Shown in pieces: positions 20,232 to 31,104 of a stretch of DNA of 64,000 nt (positions are counted from its first letter, which is position 1; each line of letters starts with the position of its first letter). Both the position numbers and the translations under genes were made by a program. The DNA comes from Candidatus Binatia bacterium (GTDB lineage Bacteria; Desulfobacterota; Binatia; Bin18). Location: assembly GCA_963666315.2 (NCBI GenBank), contig CAXXHG010000008.1, positions 142,969 to 206,968 of the forward strand, written 5' to 3'. The notes beneath the pieces were generated by a model that was given only the letters and a program-made list of their open reading frames with translations, was not told the DNA's origin and did no database searches.

Positions 20232-21746
20232 TTATTGGCCTTTGATGGAGTCCAAAAAGTTTGTGACTAAGGCTTCACATTCACTGCGTTTAGCTGTTCC
20301 ATAATAAAGAATGCGGTTATTAATAGGATCACCGGCAAAAAACCACTCGTATAATAACTGCCGTCCGCCAAACTGGGTACTGATAGCGTCCCAGGCCAGC
20401 TTCATAATGCGCACCCGCTCCTCAGCAGGGGTGTTGCGTCCGCGTAAATAGCGTGGCAATAGCTCTTGGAGGGCAGGATGGGCAAAGTCTTTTTCGGTTG
20501 GGGTCATGACCAGACCGCTACTGCCCACAAGGCGCATAATCTCAACCGCCCGTGCATGGACGAAGGGAAAAAAGATGCGCAAGGTGGTGATGCCCAACAT
20601 GCCCTTGTCCGGTGCTCCAAACAGCGTCGCTAGCCCCGGTACAAAACTCTTTGCACCTGAGACAGCCTCAGAAGAGACTTCAACGTCCCCTTCTCCGGCT
20701 TGAGCATTTGTCCACACTTCATGCGCGGTGGCTGTTACGAGACCGTCTGCTAGTTCGACGTAGGAGACGAGCTCGCCCAGCAGTTCTTGGTAGCGGACGA
20801 TCTCGGTCCGTCCGATGGTTTGAGCCACGAGACAAGCCAGGCCGGTCATAAAGCGCAGTTTGACCGCCCCCCGAATAACAGCCTGCAAGGCAAAATAGCC
20901 CGGCATACGTGGGGCGATGAGGTTATACGTCTCAACATCCCGCGCGGCAAACACGCGCTCCCACGGCACCAAGACATTGTCGAAAATGGCAATCGCGTCG
21001 CCTTCGTCAAAGCGACTGCTCAATGGCCGGTCAAAACTACTGGCACCTGTATCATAGGGCTCGCGGCAGATGAATTTGAGTCCTTGTGTGGCCATGGGAA
21101 TGGAGAAGCTGACAGTGTAGTCTTCTTGGCCTGGCTTACGGGGCATATACGGTGCAACCCAAATGTCATCGCTGACCGGGGCCAACGTGGACAGCATACG
21201 CGCGCCTTTGATGACAATGCCTGCGTCGGTCTCTTTTACGATCTTGATGCTTTCTTGGTCTTCGACGCCTTTGGTTTTGTCGATTTGTGGATCGACCAAA
21301 GTATGCGTCAGGCACAGATCCTTTTCGCGACATAGCTCATAGTACGCCCAAGCATTTTCACCAAACTGGGATTCATTGCGTCCCAGCCAGGACCGAATGG
21401 CCGCCATGTCGGCCACAAAGGCGTTCATATAGTCGGGCAGACGGCCCATCATGCCGCAGGTGAGTTCGCACCGAGCTGTTTCAGCGTACCGGCGTTTTTC
21501 TATGTCCTGCCAGGTTTCGGCTAAGACAAACGAGATGCTGACAGGCTCTCCGGAAGTCGGCGACGGATAGGTCAGGATATCTTGATACGTTTCCTCATGC
21601 TGCCGATCGTATAACTTGGCCATCTCTCGGATGATGCCCTGAAAGGGTGGATATTGCGTGACATCCCGGACAAGCTCACCGTTAACATAGAGCTCGCGGC
21701 CATCGCGGAGTCCGTCGATATATTCCTGCCCGGTACGTGCTCCCAT
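20232..21746 (-). CDS. hpaB: 4-hydroxyphenylacetate 3-monooxygenase oxygenase-family protein
   Basis: RTGQEYIDGLRDGR, MGRLPDYMN, DPQID, FDRPLSSRFDEGDA, FGGRQLLYE.FFAGDP. Confidence 0.85.
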   Translation of the reverse strand: MGARTGQEYIDGLRDGRELYVNGELVRDVTQYPPFQGIIREMAKLYDRQHEETYQDILTYPSPTSGEPVSISFVLAETWQDIEKRRYAETARCELTCGMMGRLPDYMNAFVADMAAIRSWLGRNESQFGENAWAYYELCREKDLCLTHTLVDPQIDKTKGVEDQESIKIVKETDAGIVIKGARMLSTLAPVSDDIWVAPYMPRKPGQEDYTVSFSIPMATQGLKFICREPYDTGASSFDRPLSSRFDEGDAIAIFDNVLVPWERVFAARDVETYNLIAPRMPGYFALQAVIRGAVKLRFMTGLACLVAQTIGRTEIVRYQELLGELVSYVELADGLVTATAHEVWTNAQAGEGDVEVSSEAVSGAKSFVPGLATLFGAPDKGMLGITTLRIFFPFVHARAVEIMRLVGSSGLVMTPTEKDFAHPALQELLPRYLRGRNTPAEERVRIMKLAWDAISTQFGGRQLLYEWFFAGDPINNRILYYGTAKRSECEALVTNFLDSIKGQ

Positions 21747-21911
21747 ATGAATAACCTCCTGTGGTCCGAAAGCTTCGTGTCCAGCCTACACAACACTCCT
21801 GCTCTTGGGCGGCAAATGGACTTGCATCCTTGCCTCTATACCCAGCGCTACTCTCTTTATGCTCTTCTGAATGGCGCTGAACTTTGTACGTCAGGTTTGA
21901 GCATCGAGTCT

Positions 21912-22735
21912 TTACGCGAAGTCTTCTTCCTGGCCGATCAGAAAATCTCGTACGATGCGTTGAAACGTTTCGCGTTTTTCACGCATCGGCGTGTGCCCAG
22001 ACTCAGCAATCACTACCAGTTTTGCCTGGGAATGCGCTCAGCCAAAATTTCGCCGTGTCGCAGCGGAACAAGCTTGTCTTCCCGGCCCCACACGACCAAG
22101 GTGTCGGCCGTGATGGTGTCGAGCCGCTGGGTGAGCTCGGGGGCGGCGTACTGCCCCTGGACCAGCTCGGCTATCAAACAGCGACTTCGCCACTGGTTTT
22201 TAAACTCCTGGCCCTGGCGCAGATCTTCCAGGGCTCCACCAAAATCTCCGGCGACCAGCACAACGCCGGTCTTGGCAAAAGCGGCCGTCAGCAAGGCGTC
22301 TTTATCCAGCTCGTTCAGGTTAGTGGCGGGGGAGGCGGGAACGTCCAGGCCCATGGCATCGGCCAGCACGAGTTTGGCGATGCGTTCAGGTTGGTCAAGC
22401 GCCATATGTAGGCCTATCCAGCCGCCAAACGAATGGCCGACCAGGTCGATAGTCTCAAGCCCCAGGACATCCAGAAACTGAGTCATGATCCGGGCATAAT
22501 CTTTAACCGAAGGCACGCCTGGGGGGATGTGACCGTCCTGCGAGCCGGGTAACTGAGGGGCATAGACTTGATTGGTCATCCCCAGCGCCAGATGGTAGGT
22601 CTCCCATCTGCCCCAGCCAGCCAGGCCGTGTAGGTATAGCAAGGGCTTGCCCTGGCTGCCTTTGAAATACCGAATAGTCAGGTCCCCAACTATGGCCGTC
22701 TTGCGGCTAAACTGGGACGCATCACCCGCTCCCAT
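21912..22735 (-). pseudogene. alpha/beta hydrolase, frameshift near 22028
   Basis: LHG, GHSFGG, WGREDKLVP; the catalytic-His segment ESGHTP lies in another frame ending at 21912. Confidence 0.75.
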
Positions 22736-22758
22736 TGCTGCCCTCCCTCGAATTGTGC

Positions 22759-24474
22759 TTAGGCAGTGACATTCATCCAGTGCTTAAAGCACTCCTGCTC
22801 GAAAAAGCTGTCATCCGCGTCCAGGTCTGGCTGAGCTGTATCAGGCGGCAGGCTGATCGATAAACGGATGCGGTAGCGATCGCCGGCAGCGGTGCGTTGC
22901 TGAACAGCAATTGCCGCGTGGGGCGCGTGTTGATCTGGAATGACGGTGAACTGCCCGTAGGTCCCGCGAAAAATGATCGGACGGTCCTGGTCTGTATGCT
23001 GGCCTGTGTCCTGGCCCGTATACTGGGCGGTGTCCAGCACCACCTGTGCCTCATCTGGAATTGCTTGTCCGTTGCCGGTTGCCAATGAGAGACGAATAGC
23101 GCTGCCGCGCTGCTCTGCCGTGGGGCCGACAAAGATGATCTGATAGGGAAAGCCGTCCGGCCCTTTCTCCGGCACCTGCATCTCCCAGCCGACAATGGTT
23201 TTGCCGTTTTCAGTACGGCGAAACGTGCCCAGCGTTTCCATGGAATGGCGGCTGATGGTGTAATTGAAGTCGCTATACAGCGGCAAGGTTTCGGAACCAG
23301 ACCGGGCCGTGAGCACGGAGGCCGACGACTGCGCTGCACCGGCCGGCGGCTGGGCGGGCTGATCAATATTAATGTGGCGCAGAGCCGGCATGACATGCTC
23401 GGCAAACAGGCGTTTGGAAGCGATGACTTTTTCATGGGCCAGATTGCCGGCGTGGAACATGCCCAGGAAGTGTCCGTAGCCGGCAACATTCATGTCGTTT
23501 TCTAGCCTGCGGGTGACATAATCCGGGTCGCCGCAGACGATAAAGCCGTCGTCGCGCATTTGGTCAAACGGGGTGTACGGTCCGGGGAAGTCTCGCTTAA
23601 TTTTTTTGCGGCGCTGAAACGAGTCGTCGTTGTGCAGGCCCGGAACCGGATCATTCACCGGCCGCGAAAAGACCCGAAAGAAATTGGCCACCGCCTCGCG
23701 TGCCGCTGCAATGGCTTGCGCGTTGGTCTCCGCCACGTGGATGAGCCGGGCGCCCACAAAGTTCTCATAGCCGGGCTGCCAACCGAAGCGCTGGATGGCA
23801 ATCTGGCGGTACATGTCGAATGACTCCTTGTATGCCTCGGGCGGGTAAAAAACCTGGGCGCCGCAAATCCGCCGCTCGGCGGCGAATTCGATGGTTTCCC
23901 GCGAGCCGGTTGGCATCCAGAAGGGCAGGGCGTTTTGAATCGGCTTGGGCCAGATTGAGACACCAGTCAAATTCCAGAATTTACCGGTACAATCAAATCC
24001 TTCTTCGCTGAGGCAGCGCTGAATAATCTCGTACGATTCCTCTAGCCGCTTGCGGCCGGTGAAGGGGTCAATATTATAGGACATATACTCTTGGGGCACT
24101 CCGCGCACGATGCCGGCAATAAAACGGCCGCCCGACAGGGAGTCCAGCATGGCAAACTCTTCGGCCGTGCGGACCGGATGACGCAGCGCCAGGACGTTGC
24201 CAATCACGCCGACCTTCATGGTTTTGGTCCGCATGATGATTGCCGTCGCCATGATATTGCAGGCCGGCTGAATATTGATCGCGATAAAGTTGTGCTCATT
24301 GACAAAGGCCCCGTCAAAGCCCAGGTCTTCGCACATGACCCATTCGTCTAGGTGCTCGTGATAGGTTTTATTGACCGCCCAGGGATCGCAGAAGCGATTA
24401 GTGAAGCGGACCTCCGGGCCGATTTCCGCTGGCACATCCGGATAGGTCAGCTCGTCAAAGGTGTAGAATTTCAT
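22759..24474 (-). CDS. LLM oxidoreductase fused to an unknown C-terminal domain
   Basis: NEHN, HPVRTAEEFAMLDSLSGGR, WPKPIQ; Pro/Ala linker followed by ~175 extra aa. Confidence 0.8.
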   Translation of the reverse strand: MKFYTFDELTYPDVPAEIGPEVRFTNRFCDPWAVNKTYHEHLDEWVMCEDLGFDGAFVNEHNFIAINIQPACNIMATAIIMRTKTMKVGVIGNVLALRHPVRTAEEFAMLDSLSGGRFIAGIVRGVPQEYMSYNIDPFTGRKRLEESYEIIQRCLSEEGFDCTGKFWNLTGVSIWPKPIQNALPFWMPTGSRETIEFAAERRICGAQVFYPPEAYKESFDMYRQIAIQRFGWQPGYENFVGARLIHVAETNAQAIAAAREAVANFFRVFSRPVNDPVPGLHNDDSFQRRKKIKRDFPGPYTPFDQMRDDGFIVCGDPDYVTRRLENDMNVAGYGHFLGMFHAGNLAHEKVIASKRLFAEHVMPALRHINIDQPAQPPAGAAQSSASVLTARSGSETLPLYSDFNYTISRHSMETLGTFRRTENGKTIVGWEMQVPEKGPDGFPYQIIFVGPTAEQRGSAIRLSLATGNGQAIPDEAQVVLDTAQYTGQDTGQHTDQDRPIIFRGTYGQFTVIPDQHAPHAAIAVQQRTAAGDRYRIRLSISLPPDTAQPDLDADDSFFEQECFKHWMNVTA

Positions 24475-24511
24475 ACGGCCCCTCCTTTTTTTGTACCGAT
24501 ACGGCAACTCA

Positions 24512-25468
24512 CTATGAAGCCAGCCGAGGCATAACCTCCCTGGCCAGCAGGCTCGTAGATTCTTTGACCATGGCAAACGGCATGCCGCCGAAATTCATCA
24601 GAGACACAACCCGATCAACACCAAAATCGCCCAGCTGCCGCAAAATATCGCTCACATGATTCGGGTCACCGACGGCAATCAAACGCTGGCGCATGAGCTG
24701 GGCAAAGTCCTTGCTGTTGCCCAACGCTCGGGTTTCGCAGTGGCGGCAGATATACGGCCGGGTTCGGGATTCTGCCTCGGCCCGGCTTGGTGCCACGTGG
24801 ATGTGAAAGGCCACACTCACACGCGGACCGTCCTCCGTCACCTGGGGGGCGGTCGCCGCTTCGGTATAGCCCTTGAGCAAATCACCCAGCACGCTGATGT
24901 CTTCTAGAACATACGGCACGCTCAGCAGGCGGCCGCCGCGCGCCCCAATTCGGGCGTAGGTGGCCGGGCTTAAGGCGGCAGTCGCAATCGGTGAAGTTGG
25001 TTGCTGGAGGGGCAGGGTGTTGAGCGTAATCCGTGTATAGCGGTGAAACCGACCGGTATACTCAAACGGCTGCCCCGCCCAGGCCAGCTCAAGGACCTCC
25101 AGCGCCTCGTCAAAGCGTGCCTGACTGTCATCTCGGTCAACGCGGTGGCCGGCATACTCGTGCTCCAAATAGCCTCGGCCCACGCCAAACTCGAGCCGCC
25201 AATTACTGATCACATCCAGCACCGCGTACTCCTCAGCGACTTTGACCGGATCGTGAAACGGCAGTACACACACAGCTGGACCAAGCCGAACTCGCTGGGT
25301 CTGTTGGGCTATGGCGGCTAGTAGCACGGGAGGAGCTGGACACAGACCGTAATTGGCAAAATGGTGCTCGGCAGTCACCGCCAGGTCGAGCATGTCGTGG
25401 TAAAACCCGGCCACGCTCCCCTGGCAGTCGGGATGATAGTCCATGACCGAAAAGGCTCCGAGCTTCAT
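24512..25468 (-). pseudogene. LLM oxidoreductase with short in-frame N-terminal deletion
   Basis: LAVTAEHHF lacks the usual AE.LG.D..W.AEHH segment; rest intact (DPVKVAEE, GVGRGY). Confidence 0.7.
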
Positions 25469-25681
25469 CCTCCCTAAACCCTTTCTGCCTCAGCGCCCAG
25501 CCTGTCCGGAAGCAATCCGGTAATAGCCACCCTGCATGGTCCACCACTTGTCACAAAATGTCGAGACAGCCTCCCTCCATTTTGGCAGAACCTTTATCGG
25601 CGCGTTATGAAATGCTGGGGCGGGATTGTCCCAGTGGAGTGTAGGTTGCATAGCGGCTCCCTTTACATTCTTTTGATCACC

Positions 25682-26077
25682 TCAGCGAACACTGTCTGGA
25701 ATGTATTTTGCGCCTCCTCGTGGCCGGAAGATCAATACTCGGTTGACCTGATTACCGACGTGAAAGGCATACGCAGTATTTTTCTCAATAAAAACCACCG
25801 CCCCGGGGCCATAGATGCGCTGGCCAAACTGCAGCTCGCCCTAGAGTATATACATGACTCCGTGCTCATCGTGCGAATGCCGCTGGGCGACCGTCCCTGG
25901 CTGAGAGCGTACGTCCACCAGCTCCGGATGCTCGGGCTGCTCCCGGCCGCCCGAATAATACACTTTGATCTCAAGCGGAACTTTCTCCGACTCCGGGACA
26001 TCGGGATTATCGTTGCTCGGGCTCTCGACCACGGTCCAACTCAGCTCTTATGGGGTCACAAACTTGACCTTGCCCCT
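25682..26077 (-). pseudogene. cupin pseudogene
   Basis: HSHDEH..MYIL*GEL...GPG.VVFI...AY.F; two in-frame stops; AGG where ATG is expected after an AAGGAGG RBS. Confidence 0.7.
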
Positions 26078-26108
26078 AGTCTTCCCTCCTTATAGGAGGG
26101 GCGAGTTC

Positions 26109-26972
26109 TCATGCCCGTACATCTAAGGTCGTGCTGCGACGCAACTCGCGCCTTTCAGCAAGGTCGTAACGGCGCCCACGGTGCAACACGGCGCGGTTGT
26201 CCCACATGACGAGATCACCCGGACGCCAGATATGGCTATACACAAACTGGCGCTGCGTGGCGTGTTCCAAAAGATCAGCCAGTAGTAGTCGTCCCTCCGG
26301 CACCGGTCGCCCCAGGATGCGGGTGGTATGGGCGCCGATGAATAGTGTTTTTCTGTCTGAGCCCGGATGAACGCGGACAACAGGCCATTCCACCGCCGGA
26401 TATTTTGCGAGATCCTCTGCTGAGTATTGCCGATCGTCGAGCTGCATGCGCGAATGAAAGGCCGAGTGCTCGGCGATCAGTCCGTCGATCTCAGCCACTC
26501 GGTCGTTCGACAATGCCTCGTGGGCGGCCCGCATATCCGCGAACTCGGTTACGCCGCTCGTCGCAGGCACAATGCAGGCCAGCAAGAGCGAGTATTTGGC
26601 AGACGGTCGCTTGAACGAGCTGTCGCTGTGCCAGAGCTGATTCGCCAGCATGGTGAGCAGCCGCGGGTCGTCGCGGGTAAGGATCTGGCTGTCGAGATCG
26701 ACGTTCGAGATATCGATCATGCCTGCCTCTTTGAAGCGGCTGCGCCGCTGCAATACTTTGAGCAGTCCCATATCGATAGGGCCGAGCGCGCGGGTGAAGA
26801 CCATCTGCTGCGACTCAGTCAAGGCTTGGTCGCGGAAGACGAGGACGGCATACTGATCCATGGCGGCTTCGATCTCGGCGGCCAAGGCCGCGTCGGTGGA
26901 TTGCTGCAGATCTATCCCCCGAGCTTCGGCGACAAACAACGGATGCAACGGGTGCAACGTAAAAGCTTTCAT
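26109..26972 (-). CDS. tfdA: TauD/TfdA family Fe(II)/2-oxoglutarate dioxygenase, TfdA-like
   Basis: DISN, NQLWHSDSSF, TEFADMRAA, WDNR..LHRGR. Confidence 0.8.
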   Translation of the reverse strand: MKAFTLHPLHPLFVAEARGIDLQQSTDAALAAEIEAAMDQYAVLVFRDQALTESQQMVFTRALGPIDMGLLKVLQRRSRFKEAGMIDISNVDLDSQILTRDDPRLLTMLANQLWHSDSSFKRPSAKYSLLLACIVPATSGVTEFADMRAAHEALSNDRVAEIDGLIAEHSAFHSRMQLDDRQYSAEDLAKYPAVEWPVVRVHPGSDRKTLFIGAHTTRILGRPVPEGRLLLADLLEHATQRQFVYSHIWRPGDLVMWDNRAVLHRGRRYDLAERRELRRSTTLDVRA

Positions 26973-27056
26973 CTGGCTTTCGGCCTTCTCATGCGTTTGT
27001 GAACGTTCTTCCCTTTGCTCTCTTCGTACTGTTCGTCCGTTTCTGCTGCAGCTCGT

Positions 27057-27962
27057 TTACCCGGCTGTGTCGGAGTCACTCTTCACGTCAAAGCCGCCAG
27101 CCTCAGGCGCATGTCCGTAAACGTCGCGCACATAGTATTCGGACTGATGCGTTGCGGGTCTGGCTCCCCAGCCATACTCAATCATCCAGCCCGAGGGATT
27201 GCGGAAGTAAAACGAATACATGTGGTCGTTTGAGTGTTTGCCGGGGGTAATCGTGACGGGAATCTTGTGTTCACGGACCAACTCGTAGGTGAGGCCCACA
27301 TCGTCCATATGGTCTACCTCGACCATAATATGGTTGAGGCGTTTGTCCGCATCGCCTATCCCAAATGCAACCGAGTGGTCGCGCTCATTGCAATGCATAA
27401 AGGTCGGCGTCACCGTGTGTGGGCCAATCTGAATCTTGTATTCGACACTGCCCCGCATACCGAGGCTGCGGTAAAAGCGGTACGCGGTATCGGTATCTCG
27501 CTCACGGATAATACAGTGGCCTAGGCCACCGGCACCGGTCTGAAAACCACCGTGCATGCGTCGGCCGGGATGAAAGGGTTTGCTAAACTCCACCTGCGGA
27601 CCATGAAAGATTTCGATAGGATTCCCGTCAGGATCTTCGAGCTTGAGCACTTCCAGCACGTGTCGCTCTAGGGCCTCGTCCTGCGATCCGACGCGGCATG
27701 CTATGCCCGCCTCAGATAATTGTTGCTGTATCTGGCCGAATTCTTCAGGACCGGCGACGCGAAACCCCAGATAGAGCAGGTCATCACTTGGGTCGTCGTG
27801 CAGGACGATACGGTGATGCCAATAATCCATGCGCGCGTAGCAACGATCCTCTTGCCCTTCATCCACGATTTCCCAGCCTATGATGGTGGCCGCGAAATGC
27901 TTCCACGTGTCGAGGTCTTTTACGCCGATACCCATGTAACCCAGCTCTGTGACTTGAACCAT
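27057..27962 (-). CDS. nahC: type I extradiol dioxygenase, 1,2-dihydroxynaphthalene dioxygenase-like
   Basis: ELGYMGI, RMDYWHHRI, PFHPGR, GLGHC, FMHCNERDHS, HSND.M.SFY..NPSGW..EYGW. Confidence 0.85.
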   Translation of the reverse strand: MVQVTELGYMGIGVKDLDTWKHFAATIIGWEIVDEGQEDRCYARMDYWHHRIVLHDDPSDDLLYLGFRVAGPEEFGQIQQQLSEAGIACRVGSQDEALERHVLEVLKLEDPDGNPIEIFHGPQVEFSKPFHPGRRMHGGFQTGAGGLGHCIIRERDTDTAYRFYRSLGMRGSVEYKIQIGPHTVTPTFMHCNERDHSVAFGIGDADKRLNHIMVEVDHMDDVGLTYELVREHKIPVTITPGKHSNDHMYSFYFRNPSGWMIEYGWGARPATHQSEYYVRDVYGHAPEAGGFDVKSDSDTAG

Positions 27963-28037
27963 GGTTCCCTCCTCACGTTAAAGATTATTCGTTTGATCTC
28001 AAAAGTGTGACGAACCCTCCACTGCAGGACCTCTTGC

Positions 28038-28766
28038 CTACGCGGCGGCTTGTTTGTCCGGACGGGGCTGCTTGCCTCGTTTCTTTGTGAGCGCACTTTC
28101 TCCTGCGGGTCTGAGGAGAGCCAGCGCTTGCGGCAGCAAAAACGCCAGATAGTCATCGACTGACTCCAGCTCTCCCACAAACGCCCAGCGGCGCACCGCC
28201 CAGGCGTGGGCCAGAACCATGAGATTGTGGGCCTTCAACTCGATAGCGTCGGGCGCAAAGCGGCCCTGCTCCACGCCGTATTGAATCGCACTGCTGAGAG
28301 CGGCTTGGATACGCTTCTCGCGTTCGATCAGGGCTAGCCGGGTCGCCGGATTGAGCGATTTGGTTTCTTGATAGGCCAGCAGGATGAAGCGCCGCATGTG
28401 ATCCACCCCGCGCACGAAGGTCGTAAACACCCCGCAGAAAACGTCCTCTGGGTCGGCGTGCGTTTGCGTAGCGACTGCACTTGCCTGGTGCAGTTGTTCG
28501 ACCAAGTGCTGTTCGGCCCGCTCCTGCTCATGACTAATGATAAAGAAGAGCAGTTCTTCCTTGTCTTTGAAATAAGAAAAGAGAGCCCCGTTGCTCATGC
28601 CCGCTTGGCGGGCGATGTCACGCGTAGTCGTTTTATGAAACCCATCACGCAGAAAGAGGTCAAAGGCGGCATTGGCGACTGCTTGCCGCTTTTGCTCCCG
28701 CAGGGTGGAGTTCTGAATGAGGCCGTTTTTTCGTCTGACCGAAGGGCGCAGAATTTTGCGTGCCAT
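28038..28766 (-). CDS. TetR/AcrR family transcriptional regulator
   Basis: AFDLFLRDGFHKTTTRDIARQAGMSNGALFSYFKDKEELL. Confidence 0.9.
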   Translation of the reverse strand: MARKILRPSVRRKNGLIQNSTLREQKRQAVANAAFDLFLRDGFHKTTTRDIARQAGMSNGALFSYFKDKEELLFFIISHEQERAEQHLVEQLHQASAVATQTHADPEDVFCGVFTTFVRGVDHMRRFILLAYQETKSLNPATRLALIEREKRIQAALSSAIQYGVEQGRFAPDAIELKAHNLMVLAHAWAVRRWAFVGELESVDDYLAFLLPQALALLRPAGESALTKKRGKQPRPDKQAAA

Positions 28767-28792
28767 ATGTGTATTCACCCAGAAAAAAACAC

Positions 28793-29356
28793 TCATATTT
28801 TTCGTACCGAAAACAGATTCATCAGCAAATTGAACTGCTCGCAGTCAGGGAGCAGTGAGTGGTTGGCTGTGCCCGGACCAGGAAAGTCGGTGAACGGCTG
28901 CATGCTAAAGCCGGCTCGAAAGTCCGATGTATAGCGACGTGCGATTGACCGTTTCGTCCCGCGTATGACCGAGGCCCAGATCTCGGCATCATCCTCTTCG
29001 AACAGACCCGACATGGCAAAGTTTAGAATCCCGCATTTCAACACCTCCACCTTCCACGCGGCGGACGCCTCTTGTTCGGCAAAATACCAGCTTCGCAGCC
29101 CGATCTTACAGCTATTGAGAAACGCTCGCAGCGCTCCATCTTCCCCGCGCACCACGATGACCTGGTCATCGCCCATCGGTCGGGTGACGTAATCGCCGGG
29201 ATGGGGTAGCTCAGTTTCATGCCCGAGAAAAAGCCAGCAGCGGTTGAAGATCTGCTCGACCTCTCGCTCGCAGATGATGGGGTCGGTAAAGATGCGCCGG
29301 CTCACCCGCCCCGCTTCCTCATTCACCCAGACTGGGGCATCGAGTGTGCGTGTCAT
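28793..29356 (-). pseudogene. Rieske dioxygenase alpha subunit with large internal deletion
   Basis: IFNRCWLFLGHE..GDYV..MG..AFLNSC joined directly to the C-terminal FEEDDAEIW region; RHRG/CxYH and core domain missing. Confidence 0.85.
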
Positions 29357-29379
29357 ACGTCCCTCTGGAAGCGCCATTG

Positions 29380-29428
29380 ATTGAGCGCTTGCTCAATGCT
29401 AGATACATAAGGCAAAACCCTCTGTCAA
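29380..29428 (-). promoter_or_regulatory. sigma70-like promoter plus palindromic operator, copy 2
   Basis: Minus strand TTGACA-17bp-TATCTA; palindrome ATTGAGCGCTTGCTCAAT identical to 178-195. Confidence 0.75.
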
Positions 29429-29510
29429 GACGAATGGAGGATGGCCGTGGCTCTCGCCCAAACGGACACCGCAGACAGGAAGAAAGACTCCAAGAATAAG
29501 AGGTGACATT

Positions 29511-30530
29511 ATGGCGGCATATCGCAAGCACGAAGCGCGCGAATGGGCGAAAGAAAATATGCGGGGAGTGGCGAATACCATCACCCCGACGTTTACCCAA
29601 GACTTACGCAGCCTGAATGAAAAAGCCATTCGGTACGATGTCCGTAAAGAAATCGAATATGGTTTTTGGGGTACGCTGCTCGTTGCTGAAACCGCCACCA
29701 CACTGGACGAATATATTCAATTTGCTGAGTGGGCGGCGGATGAGTCTGGAGGCAAACTCCATCTCATTCATCACGCTAGCTTTAATACCCTGGAAGAAAA
29801 TATCGAAGCAGTTCAGGCGACCGAACAAGCGGGCGCCGATCTTGTGCTGCTCTCCTACCCGCCAACGTTTTATCCCGAAAGCGCCGACGATATTTACGAC
29901 TATACTAAGGCGTTCTGCGACAATACGAATCTTGCCGTGATGCTTTTCCCCGTACCGCTCTGGGGTTTCGAGCGCATCCATCCAGCGGCCGGTTTTGGGC
30001 CGGATTTGATTAAGCGCTTGCTGGACGATGTTCCGAATATCGCCGCGATAAAAGCTGAAGGTGGCATGCCATCCATTGGCGGCTTTGTCGATGTCTACAC
30101 ACGCTTCAGCGACCGAATCGTGGTAACAGAACCGATCGAAGGGAATGGTCTGCCTCTGGCGGGTCTGGTGCCTATGCAGTTTATGGGCACCAGTAATTAT
30201 GAGTACTGGGGTCCTCTAATCCCCAAGATTTTTGGCCTGATCCAAGGCGGCCAGTTTGAAGCCGGCATGGAATTGTACTGGCAGATCCAGCCTGCCCGTC
30301 AGGCGAGTATGCAAGCTATGGCCATGGTCGCCGGATCAAATTTGTTACACCGCATGCTATGGAAATATCAAGGCTGGCTGAGCGGCTTCAACGGCGGCCC
30401 GCTTCGGACTCCGACTATGCGGTTGCATGATCGCCAGATGAAGCCTTTACGCCAAGGGTTGATTGCCTCTGGCCTCGAGGTTCCGGTTGAGGATGACCGA
30501 GAGTTTTTTATTGGGCGCAATCAAGAGTAG
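29511..30530 (+). CDS. DHDPS/NAL-family hydratase-aldolase, PhdG-like
   Basis: EAREWAKE, LNEKAIRYDV, LLSYPP.FYP, NIAAIKAEGG; divergent from ring-cleavage genes. Confidence 0.75.
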   Translation: MAAYRKHEAREWAKENMRGVANTITPTFTQDLRSLNEKAIRYDVRKEIEYGFWGTLLVAETATTLDEYIQFAEWAADESGGKLHLIHHASFNTLEENIEAVQATEQAGADLVLLSYPPTFYPESADDIYDYTKAFCDNTNLAVMLFPVPLWGFERIHPAAGFGPDLIKRLLDDVPNIAAIKAEGGMPSIGGFVDVYTRFSDRIVVTEPIEGNGLPLAGLVPMQFMGTSNYEYWGPLIPKIFGLIQGGQFEAGMELYWQIQPARQASMQAMAMVAGSNLLHRMLWKYQGWLSGFNGGPLRTPTMRLHDRQMKPLRQGLIASGLEVPVEDDREFFIGRNQE

Positions 30531-30583
30531 AATGAGATCGTCCCAATCAGTGATAATCCCCTCTCAAAACGTGAACCTCGGTG

Positions 30584-31057
30584 CTAGATGAGAAACGTCA
30601 TATTATTGATGACCTCATCGTTGTTTATGAGCATCACTTTCTTATACGCGATCTTGAAGCTGTCACCTTCCGGCCGTAGGGTGTGGATAGTACAACCCGC
30701 GAATGTTTCCATTCTGCTTCGGCGTAGAGCCGTCAGGTTAAAGTTGGAATAGACCGTCAGCTCACCGTTCTCACTTTCTTTAATCTCGATATTGGAGATC
30801 ACGCGCCGCAGGCGCGACTTAGGGTCCTGGGCATATGCCGCGCCGCTTTTCAGCCGCGCGATACGATCCTCAAGCCGTGCCTTGTTCTCATACACAATCG
30901 ACACATGCCGCTGTGGGTCAATATCGTCTTCGTTCGCCGGTACCCAGTACAGGGCATCTTCCGTCCAGAGAGCGAGCCATTCGTCGTAGGCGTGTTCATC
31001 CATGAAGCGGGCTTCACGGTAGAGAAAATTTTCGATCGGGTGGCGGTCTATGGACAT
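30584..31057 (-). CDS. ring-hydroxylating dioxygenase beta subunit
   Basis: FLYREARFMD..YDEWL, YWVP, LEDRIARL, KIAYKKV.LIN. Confidence 0.9.
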   Translation of the reverse strand: MSIDRHPIENFLYREARFMDEHAYDEWLALWTEDALYWVPANEDDIDPQRHVSIVYENKARLEDRIARLKSGAAYAQDPKSRLRRVISNIEIKESENGELTVYSNFNLTALRRSRMETFAGCTIHTLRPEGDSFKIAYKKVMLINNDEVINNMTFLI

Positions 31058-31104
31058 TCCGCTGCTCCTTGTGTCGTTTCGTGCCTCGTCCGGAAACTCC
31101 GCAC

